A stretch of DNA of 64,000 nt from Methylacidimicrobium fagopyrum. GTDB taxonomy: Bacteria > Verrucomicrobiota > Verrucomicrobiia > Limisphaerales > UBA11358. Under the pieces are notes generated by a model. The model saw only the letters and a program-made list of their open reading frames with translations. It ran no database searches and was not told the origin of the DNA. The translations under genes and the position numbers were made by a program. Each line of letters starts with the position of its first letter. Position 1 is the first letter of the stretch. Below, piece by piece: positions 57,259 through 64,000 of the stretch. The DNA is taken from positions 23,597 through 87,596 of the forward strand of contig JAMFSJ010000043.1 in assembly GCA_026225255.1 (NCBI GenBank), written 5' to 3'.

Positions 57259-58007
57259 AATCTGAATCGCAATGGACTCGTTGGTGGTTGGTGGTGATTT
57301 ACGCGGCGGCGATGGCGTGGGTGGAATCTGCCGTGGTCTTTTATCTGCGCTCGATGATCCACCGCATTGAACCGCATCAGACAAATCCCTTTCCGATCAT
57401 CGGCGGCTTTGCGTCGGTGGAATTGCCGCGTGAACTGGCCACGATGATCATGCTCGCTGCCGTTGGTGCGCTGGCGGGACGGAACTGGCGCGCACGCTTC
57501 GGCTAAGCTGTCATCGCGTTCGGCGTGTGGGATATTTTTTATTATGTTTTCTTGAAAATGATTTGCGACTGGCCGCACTCACTGCTGGATTGGGACGTTT
57601 TGTTTTTACTCCCGTTGCCTTGGTGGGGCCCGGTGCTGGCGCCGGTTTTGATTTCCTTGCTAATGATTTCGTGGGGCACGCTGGCCACGCAAGGGCAAAG
57701 CGAAAAGCGGGAAGGCGGAAAGCGAAAAACCAGCGGCGCGTTCGGGTGGCTGCTGAATTTCATTGGCGTTGCGCTCGCGCTTTATGTTTTTATGGCCGAT
57801 ACGATTGCCGCTGCATATTACGGATTTGATGCCGTCCGCACTGTGCTGCCGGAGAAATTTAACTGGCCTCTATTCATCATCGCGCTGGGGCTGATGTCTG
57901 CACCTATGCTCCAAAAAATCCATGAATATTTGACCTTCGCATCCTTGAAGCGTAAAGCGGGCGAACCAGCCGATGAAATTTTATGCAAGCGTCCGCTGCA
58001 AAACTAA
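57255..58007 (+). pseudogene. Polytopic membrane protein frame interrupted by one in-frame TAA (57504-57506)
   Basis: Track ORFs 57255-57506 and 57525-58007 are in the same frame. The stop falls at the start of a predicted TM helix (RARFG*AVIAFGVWDIFYYVFL). This could be a pseudogene, a sequencing error, read-through or a genuine split. Confidence 0.5.
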
Positions 58008-58699
58008 AGCCATGCCCATCGGAAATCGCCACGCTGCTGCGCGGTGAGACGAAAGCCATTTCCGCGTGGAGTGAAAATTGGAACGCGCTACGATTCGCTT
58101 GGCACGTGATCATTATTATTCTGGGCGCGGGCAGCTATGGCGCGGCGATGGGTTGGTGGCGTGATCCGCAACAGTCATTTTATGTCGCGCTAAAATTTCC
58201 GCTCATCATCCTGCTCACCACCTTCGGCAATGCGCTGCTCAACGCCATGCTCGCGCCATTGCTGGGATTGAACATTCCGTTTCGCCAATCTTTTTCCGCC
58301 GTTGTGATGAGCAACACCGTCACGGCCACCATTCTTGGTGCGTTCAGTCCGTTGATTTTTTTCATGGTCTGGAATGCGCCGGAGATGAGCGCGAAAGTTG
58401 TTTCCTACACCGCTTACAATTTTATTTTGCTCACGCATGTCGCCGTGATCGCGCTGGCGGGGACGATGGGAAATCTGCGTCTGCTGCAACTGCTCACGCA
58501 ACTCGCACACGGCCCCGCAATCGCCCGTCGCGTTCTGTGCGCATGGCTCGCGGGTAATTTATTTCTTGGTAGCCAGCTCTCGTGGATTCTGCGTCCGTTC
58601 ATCGGCGCGCCGTCGTTGCCCGTGCAATTTCTCCGCCCCGATTCCTTTCACGGCAATTTTTACGAAACCGTTTTTAACACCGTCCGCCATCTCTTTTAA
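57983..58699 (+). CDS. Hypothetical multi-TM membrane protein (paralog A)
   Basis: 5-6 TM segments. Paralogous to 58712-59524 (shared ...YG..(M/A)G..., and a C-terminal LRP(F/I)IG followed by F(L/F)). Confidence 0.6.
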   Translation: MQASAAKLKPCPSEIATLLRGETKAISAWSENWNALRFAWHVIIIILGAGSYGAAMGWWRDPQQSFYVALKFPLIILLTTFGNALLNAMLAPLLGLNIPFRQSFSAVVMSNTVTATILGAFSPLIFFMVWNAPEMSAKVVSYTAYNFILLTHVAVIALAGTMGNLRLLQLLTQLAHGPAIARRVLCAWLAGNLFLGSQLSWILRPFIGAPSLPVQFLRPDSFHGNFYETVFNTVRHLF

Positions 58700-58711
58700 C
58701 CAATAAAATAT

Positions 58712-59524
58712 ATGAACGAAAATAATCCGATCCCACCGCAGATCCCGCCAAGCGATTCGACACAAAACTTCACGGCGAACATCCCCAACTCGCCGCCACC
58801 GCCGCCGCGTTCCGGCCCGCGCCCGTTGGGCGATGATCCGGCGGAGCGCATCGCCATTCCGCATACGTTTGCCGCCATCGAAGCGTTATTGCGACAGCCG
58901 CGACGACTGCTCTTTCAACTGCGCCAGCCGGGTGCGGGCAAACTCATCGTCTCGATGTTGTTCACCGTGTTGATCTGTAGTGCGATTTACGGAGTGGTGG
59001 CCGGAACCTTTTCCGGCGGGACACAACTGTGGATCGCGCCGGTAAAAATCGCGGCGGGACTATTCATTTCGGCGGCAATCTGTTTGCCGAGTCTTTATAT
59101 CTTCACCTGCTTGAGCGGTTCACAGGCGCGGCTGATCGAAGTCGTCGGCCTGCTCGCCGGATTATTGATGTTGATGACGATCCTGCTCATCGGCTTTGCG
59201 CCCGTCGCGTGGATTTTTTCGCAATCCACTCAATCACTCGCGTGGATGGGCACGTTGCATCTGATTTTCTGGTTCGTAGCGACGCTGTTCGGCGTGCGCT
59301 TTATGAAATCCGGCTTTAATTATGCCGATGCCAAATCCCATGCCGGCTTGAACACGTGGATCATTATCTTCCTGCTCGTCGCGCTGCAAATGACCACCGC
59401 GCTGCGTCCGATCATTGGCAAAGCTGACCCAGTTTTGCCAACGGAGAAACAATTTTTCCTCAGCCATTGGATTGAGTGCATCAGCATCTCCAACGACAAG
59501 GCAAAAACGAATGCGCGTGATTGA
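58712..59524 (+). CDS. Hypothetical multi-TM membrane protein with Pro-rich N-terminus (paralog B)
   Basis: N-terminal NPIPPQIPPSD...NSPPPPPRSGPRP, then 5 TM segments. Paralogous to the upstream gene. Confidence 0.6.
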   Translation: MNENNPIPPQIPPSDSTQNFTANIPNSPPPPPRSGPRPLGDDPAERIAIPHTFAAIEALLRQPRRLLFQLRQPGAGKLIVSMLFTVLICSAIYGVVAGTFSGGTQLWIAPVKIAAGLFISAAICLPSLYIFTCLSGSQARLIEVVGLLAGLLMLMTILLIGFAPVAWIFSQSTQSLAWMGTLHLIFWFVATLFGVRFMKSGFNYADAKSHAGLNTWIIIFLLVALQMTTALRPIIGKADPVLPTEKQFFLSHWIECISISNDKAKTNARD

Positions 59525-59562
59525 ATTAAATTTTTTACAGGAGACGAGGGAACGAGTCTCAA

Positions 59563-59865
59563 ATGTTTGTGAAAAATCGTAAGACCAAAATTTTAATTTT
59601 GAGTGCGCCTTTGCTGCTGGTTCTGATTTATTTTGTCATGGCTGTAGTTGTTTTTGAGTTTAGCCAACCAGCGTTTCCGTATGACGAAGACAATTTTAAT
59701 GGACACGAAGTCGCTCTTGGCCCACGTCCTCGATTGTTATTTTGTAAGCGCACCCATGACGGTGTAAATTTTGAGGGTAAAGAATGGCCCTTTGTCGTAT
59801 TTCAGCCGCTATGCAAAATTTGGTGTAATAATCATGGCTACGTTCCGTCAGCCGAATGGAGATAA
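59563..59865 (+). CDS. Hypothetical small single-TM protein
   Basis: 100 aa. N-terminal TM (ILILSAPLLLVLIYFVMAVVVF) and a Cys-containing tail. Same strand, with tight spacing in the operon. Confidence 0.45.
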   Translation: MFVKNRKTKILILSAPLLLVLIYFVMAVVVFEFSQPAFPYDEDNFNGHEVALGPRPRLLFCKRTHDGVNFEGKEWPFVVFQPLCKIWCNNHGYVPSAEWR

Positions 59866-59900
59866 TCATTAAAACTCCTTACGTGTCTCTCACATTTATT

Positions 59901-60380
59901 ATGAATCGCGAACAAACTCTGCGTCACCGCATCAAATTACTGACGTGGCTGTTCATTATCGGCCTGGCAGTGAGCGGCGCGACGGCGATTCCGTTGTTGG
60001 GCGAAGTCAATTGGCTGACGAAATTTCTCAGCGTGCAGAACGGTTCATCGGAGATTTCCCATTGGCTGCTGCGCGTCCGCGAGGCGTTGGCGCAAACACA
60101 ATCGCAGCAACCGTTTCTTTTCTACGGCACGGATTGGCTGGCGTTCGGGCATTTTATCATCGCGTTGGTTTTTGTCGGCGCGTTGCGCGATCCAGTCCGC
60201 AATCGCTGGTTGTTCGACTTTGGTTTGATCGCCTGTGTGCTGGTGATTCCATTCGCGCTGGTTTTCGGCGGACTGCGCGGAATTCCGTTTTGGTGGCGAC
60301 TGATTGATTGTTCCTTCGGCGTATTCGGCGCGATTCCGCTGTGGTTTTGCCGTAAGTGGGCGATTGAATTAGAACGCTAA
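59901..60380 (+). CDS. Hypothetical 4-TM membrane protein
   Basis: ATG 59901 (MNREQTLRHRIKLLTWLFIIG). Four hydrophobic segments. Confidence 0.55.
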   Translation: MNREQTLRHRIKLLTWLFIIGLAVSGATAIPLLGEVNWLTKFLSVQNGSSEISHWLLRVREALAQTQSQQPFLFYGTDWLAFGHFIIALVFVGALRDPVRNRWLFDFGLIACVLVIPFALVFGGLRGIPFWWRLIDCSFGVFGAIPLWFCRKWAIELER

Positions 60381-60533
60381 AATTCAAACGGAGCTCGACT
60401 AGGACAGGCACAGACTAAAGCCAAGGCTTTTGAAGTGAATTAATAAATTCGCGGAACTAGCGTCATTGGCGCTGAACTTTCTTTTCTGATCCACGGCCAT
60501 TCGTAGTTCGGGTTTAGTTCATCCGGCTTGGGC

Positions 60534-60589
60534 TGGCACTGTGCCAACCGCGCCAGAAAATTTCCGTATTGGCACACTCTTTGTGCCAA
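60534..60589. promoter_or_regulatory. Two TGGCAC/GTGCCA palindromes upstream of hsp20
   Basis: tggcac-t-gtgcca (60534-46) and ttggcac-actcttt-gtgccaa (60569-89). Confidence 0.4.
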
Positions 60590-60670
60590 AACTTCCATTG
60601 TCACCAATCAATCCAACTGCGGAAAACGTAAAAACCCTTTTTTTCAAGGGTTTTGCGCCTAGTGCAAGGT

Positions 60671-60685
60671 TGGCATCGCGCAAGC
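60671..60685 (+). promoter_or_regulatory. Weak sigma-54-like element TGGCAT-N5-AAGC upstream of hsp20
   Basis: The GG and GC dinucleotides have correct -24/-12 spacing, 52 nt before the ATG. The -12 region is non-consensus. Confidence 0.25.
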
Positions 60686-60736
60686 TAAGTAGAGTTCGTT
60701 GGAAACATTAACCGAATAACCAAAAGAAAAAATATT

Positions 60737-61150
60737 ATGATACTGACACAATGTGAACGCCCCGGATCAGTGAACTACGGACGCCTGCAGGCCGAATTGG
60801 ATCAATTGTTCGGCGCGACGCGCACTTGGGCTCCGCGACTGGAAGTGCAGGAAGATAAGGATACTTTCAGCGTGCGCGCGGAATTGCCCGGCTTGAAACG
60901 CGAAGACATCGAAGTCGCTTTGAATGAAAACGAACTCGTCATCTCCGGCGAACGCAAAGCGGAGACTGTCGGCGAAGGCACTGAAGTGCATCTGCGCGAG
61001 CGAAGCTACGGGAAATTTTCCCGCACTCTCACGCTGCCGAGCGCCCTCGCGACCGATCAAGTGAAGGCCGCTTACAAAGACGGCATTCTCACCGTGACGC
61101 TGCCGAAAGCGGAAGCCGCCAAACCGAAGCAGATTGTCGTTAGCGAGTAA
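60737..61150 (+). CDS. Small heat-shock protein (Hsp20/alpha-crystallin family)
   Basis: Alpha-crystallin domain (FSVRAELPGLKREDIEVALNENELVISGERK...YGKFSRTLTLP...GILTVTLPK). Confidence 0.9.
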   Translation: MILTQCERPGSVNYGRLQAELDQLFGATRTWAPRLEVQEDKDTFSVRAELPGLKREDIEVALNENELVISGERKAETVGEGTEVHLRERSYGKFSRTLTLPSALATDQVKAAYKDGILTVTLPKAEAAKPKQIVVSE

Positions 61151-61166
61151 AACGGGCGATTAATAA

Positions 61167-61205
61167 GGAAGGCAGGAATTCAGGAAAATCTGATTCCTGC
61201 CTTCC
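61167..61205. terminator. Bidirectional hairpin between convergent hsp20 and the Wzz-like gene (same AGGAAGGCAGGA family)
   Basis: ggaaggcaggaattcag / ctgattcctgccttcc, a 16-bp stem with a 1-nt bulge. Preceded by gattaataagg, as in the 44475 element. Confidence 0.65.
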
Positions 61206-61213
61206 GGTTTGCA

Positions 61214-62446
61214 TTATTGCTGACGTGCTGATTTGAGCAGGAGCCCTCCGCTCAGCGTGGAGATCAAACCAATCGTCAGTAAGATTGCGCCCAGAAAACG
61301 GTTCGGGCCGGCGGGAAATTTTGGCGGTTCGGCTAGATCCACGATTTGAGGTGTAGAATCGCTTATAATTCCTGCGCCCATTTTGATTGCATCGATTTTC
61401 GCCCGGATTAATCGCAGTTGGTCTTGCTGTTGGTCGAGTTGGATTTTTGCGTCGTAATAAGGCTGGTTTTTGGGGTCGTGTTCCTCTGCGTTTTTATCTC
61501 TCAACTGGCGGATAGAATCCAGCGCCGCCTTTTTAGAATTCAATTCACTTTCCAAACCGGCCATAAGGCCGGCAACGCGGTCATCAATTTGTTGATTCAA
61601 CGTATTCAAGCTCGTTTGCGTCTGAATCACTTCAGTATTTGTGGGTAGATAATTATCCGTCAACGATTCATACGCTTGCTCGGTTTCGGATAATTTCTTT
61701 AGCAGATCCATCAATGCCGCGTCGTGAACGACCAATGGCAAATCCGCACGCAATTGGTTGGCATCGTCCGTTTTCAGCTTGGCCAGTTGGTTGGAAGATT
61801 GTAGATAATCGCGCTCCGCTTGCACCTGATCCGCGGCCTCGGACTGCGTAATAGTCGTGGAATCTAATGAATCTTTGATTCTCAACTTTTTCCGCAATTC
61901 ATCTACATTCGTCTGCAAGGTTTGAATTTTCTTTTCCTCGGTTTGATAGCCTTCCTCTAAAGATTTCATTCCCGCAATCATTAATTGTCGATGTGATTCC
62001 TCCCGATAATTTTTATAAGAATCAGCAATGGCATTGGCAATATTCGCCGCATCTTTCGGATCGTCGCTAAAAAAAGTGATGGTAATGAGTTTCGTGTTGG
62101 GCACTGGCTCTAATATTAATTTACCTTTAAGGATTTTCAGCGTTTCGCTCAACTTGAGCGGCGCGCCACGGTTATATTTCACGCCCCATTCATGATTCAA
62201 ATCTAAAGACGCAACGACATTGCTCAATACCACTTCTGATTGCATGATTTCAAACGTGGTCTGGATGAAGTAAGGATCAAAAGAAGCATCTGCCTGACCG
62301 TTTTCGTCGAACCCGGTTTCTACTTGGATTCTCGCCGTCGCCTTAAATTGTGGCGGACGCGATAACCACGATACGCCAATGCCGCAAAGCACTAGGCCGG
62401 CAATTAAAAATGCGAGGCCGAGCATTTTGGTTTCAGGAGATTTCAT
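61214..62446 (-). CDS. Polysaccharide chain-length determinant-like protein (Wzz/GumC-type topology)
   Basis: N-terminal TM (LGLAFLIAGLVLCGIGV), a long coiled-coil periplasmic region and a C-terminal TM (FLGAILLTIGLISTLSGGLLL). Confidence 0.6.
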   Translation of the reverse strand: MKSPETKMLGLAFLIAGLVLCGIGVSWLSRPPQFKATARIQVETGFDENGQADASFDPYFIQTTFEIMQSEVVLSNVVASLDLNHEWGVKYNRGAPLKLSETLKILKGKLILEPVPNTKLITITFFSDDPKDAANIANAIADSYKNYREESHRQLMIAGMKSLEEGYQTEEKKIQTLQTNVDELRKKLRIKDSLDSTTITQSEAADQVQAERDYLQSSNQLAKLKTDDANQLRADLPLVVHDAALMDLLKKLSETEQAYESLTDNYLPTNTEVIQTQTSLNTLNQQIDDRVAGLMAGLESELNSKKAALDSIRQLRDKNAEEHDPKNQPYYDAKIQLDQQQDQLRLIRAKIDAIKMGAGIISDSTPQIVDLAEPPKFPAGPNRFLGAILLTIGLISTLSGGLLLKSARQQ

Positions 62447-62523
62447 TGGCTGATTTTGGTTATATCGACCACAAATTATTTGATTTCGTTCAAAACCATA
62501 TTGGTTGCCTCCGGCTCATCCGG

Positions 62524-62609
62524 CTCCTCGTCATCCTCATCCTCATCCTCATCCTCACCGCACTGAGTTTGGGTTTGGAAATGACGAGGAGGATGAGGAT
62601 GACGAGGAG
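62524..62609. repeat. 21-bp perfect inverted repeat built from TCC/TCA (GAG/GAT) triplets, 44-bp spacer
   Basis: ctcctcgtcatcctcatcctc (62524-44) versus gaggatgaggatgacgaggag (62589-609). Confidence 0.9.
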
Positions 62610-62695
62610 GGTGAGAGTGAGAAAGACGATGATACGATTGCCCAAGTCGTTCAACGCCGCTCGACAAAGTTTGCTTCCCGCGCCATCTTGTTTTC

Positions 62696-63304
62696 ATGGC
62701 ATTTGAACCCGCTTCGCCGTTCGACTCGCTCATGCAGGAATATTCCCGCGTGTTCCGCGATTGGGACGACCTCACGCTCGCGCGTTGGCTGGCCCAAACG
62801 CTCGGCCAATTTGAAGGTCGCGCGTGGCGTTCGTCGCATCCGCTAGTCGGCGCGTATTTGCTCGCCGCGAAAATCGCGCACGACCGGCAAATCTGGTTCA
62901 AGCGACTCGCCACGCCGCCCGCTGGCTATGCGGAATCACCGTGCTGTCGCGCCCCTTTTTTACCGTTGCTCACGCGCGATGTCCACAATGCCGGACTCAT
63001 CTGCGAACATTGCAGCGAAACGCTCGTGCCGTTCGAGGAGATTTCTGCGGAACTGCGGCCGGCGCTCGAAGCGTGGGCGAAAAATTACGAACCCGTCCAC
63101 GCCGTCGCGCATTGGGATGATCGTCAACGTCGGCGCGCGGGCAATTACGACGACGCCTACGAAAACGCCGCGAAACAAGCGGAACAATTACTCGCCTATA
63201 ACGGCCGCGACCTGGCGCCAAAACTATTGGAATCCTACGCCGCCGTGATCTGGGAAGACGCGGACGAATGTCTGGAAGTGCGCCCGGAAGACGTGCAGAT
63301 ATGA
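62696..63304 (+). CDS. Hypothetical protein with a Cys-rich (CC...C..C) segment
   Basis: 202 aa. ESPCCRAPF...LICEHCSETL suggests a small zinc-binding element. I recognise no family. Confidence 0.5.
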   Translation: MAFEPASPFDSLMQEYSRVFRDWDDLTLARWLAQTLGQFEGRAWRSSHPLVGAYLLAAKIAHDRQIWFKRLATPPAGYAESPCCRAPFLPLLTRDVHNAGLICEHCSETLVPFEEISAELRPALEAWAKNYEPVHAVAHWDDRQRRRAGNYDDAYENAAKQAEQLLAYNGRDLAPKLLESYAAVIWEDADECLEVRPEDVQI

Positions 63305-63999
63305 TTAAATTCATTTTCAAATGGTTGCTGCGGTTGTTCATTGCGGGCGTTGTGCTCATCATGATTTTTCTGCTGTCCCTCAATTCCATTTTGCGCGTTC
63401 TCATCGAACATAACATCCGCGCCCAAACGGGTATGGACGCGGAGATTGGCCGTTTCAAACTCGGCCTGCTGGAACCGACCATCACGATTCAGGATTTGAA
63501 AATTTATAATCCGGCGAAAACATTTGGCGGCACGTTGTTCTTGAGCATTCCCGAAATCCACGTGGAATACGATCGTGACGCGTTTGCGAATTCTCAACTG
63601 CACCTCACGCTGGTCCGCTTCAATCTCGGCGAACTCGACATCGTGAGAAACGCAGCGGGTCAAACGAATATTTTTTCGCTTGGGCTCGCCATTCCGAAAA
63701 ATCCCAGCGGCAACGGCACGCAGTTGAAGGATGAATTAAAACGCCGGACCGATCTGGATTTTGCCGGCATTGACACGCTGAATGTTTCCGTCGGCACCTT
63801 GAAATATATTGATTTGAAAGATCAGCGGAATAATCGCACGCAAAAAGTAGAGGTGGAAAATCAAGTCATTCAAAACGTGAAATCGCCCAACGATCTTACC
63901 GGTCTGGCCGTCCTGATCGGGCTGCGCAGCGGCGATTTTTTCACCCTGTTCGTCGACCCCAAAGCGTCCAAGTCCGATGCGATGAAATTATTTTGGTAA
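63301..63999 (+). CDS. Hypothetical N-terminally anchored protein (AsmA/DUF748-like N-terminus)
   Basis: ATG 63301 overlaps the upstream stop (ATGA). MIKFIFKWLLRLFIAGVVLIMIFLL anchor followed by a beta-rich region. Confidence 0.5.
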   Translation: MIKFIFKWLLRLFIAGVVLIMIFLLSLNSILRVLIEHNIRAQTGMDAEIGRFKLGLLEPTITIQDLKIYNPAKTFGGTLFLSIPEIHVEYDRDAFANSQLHLTLVRFNLGELDIVRNAAGQTNIFSLGLAIPKNPSGNGTQLKDELKRRTDLDFAGIDTLNVSVGTLKYIDLKDQRNNRTQKVEVENQVIQNVKSPNDLTGLAVLIGLRSGDFFTLFVDPKASKSDAMKLFW

Positions 64000-64000
64000 A

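Noticed and set aside
60569-60589. A CIRCE (HrcA) operator upstream of hsp20.
   Set aside because: The half-sites are similar (TTGGCAC/GTGCCAA versus TTAGCAC/GTGCTAA), but the spacer is 7 nt instead of the 13 nt between those hexamer cores in CIRCE.
62476-62913. ORFs encoding poly-Asp/Glu (62476-62913, minus strand) or His/Pro repeats (62505-62846, plus strand).
   Set aside because: They are translations of the two arms of the triplet-periodic inverted repeat and of the antisense of the 62696 gene. There is no start context or domain.

Overview
This is a chromosomal, mostly metabolic and housekeeping segment. Gene content and repeat style fit a Verrucomicrobiota-type genome; that is an inference from the prepilin-leader/H-X9-DG-type paralog, the GH29/GH95 glycan locus and the hairpin-rich intergenic DNA. 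About 60 CDS are credible. In order: (1) a pseudopilin-like gene. (2) A ~18 kb L-fucose utilisation locus: two AraC regulators, GH29, an SSF symporter, GH95, a mutarotase, an SDR, L-fuconate dehydratase, a RhaT-type permease, an amidohydrolase-type lactonase, a second SDR and a FAH-family hydrolase. An unexplained five-gene module (Gfo/Idh/MocA, SBP-like, MaoC, CoA-transferase, MaoC) interrupts it. (3) A minus-strand fabD-orf-fabG-acpP-fabF operon with an extra 168-aa ORF bracketed by inverted CACAGATG-type repeats. (4) lysS, two secreted hypotheticals, an ABC-F ATPase and lpxD. (5) A predicted tyrosine ammonia-lyase next to a flavin-dependent halogenase-like gene. (6) TetR plus an RND-MFP-OMF efflux operon, then amt-PII. 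(7) An SDR epimerase, ppx, sixA, a DUF721 protein, a porin, a pilC-like gene, a beta-CASP MBL hydrolase and mtnP. (8) A cNMP-binding protein with a class III PDE-like phosphoesterase, a GreA-like gene, and a membrane protein plus winged-helix regulator pair. (9) ispH translationally coupled to a run of uncharacterised membrane proteins; one has an in-frame TAA and two are paralogs. (10) hsp20, a Wzz-like protein and two hypotheticals. By eye I found no rRNA, tRNA, CRISPR array, transposase, integrase or canonical defence system. The most unusual non-coding signals are related short-period (8-10 bp) repeats and inverted hairpin pairs sitting exactly at gene boundaries, and a 197-bp tandem duplication spanning a 29-bp-stem hairpin. 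No new system can be asserted from sequence alone; the best candidates are listed in findings. The ORF track uses alternative starts (TTG/GTG) and many listed ORFs are antisense shadows, so I re-chose starts where a better ATG or signal peptide exists.
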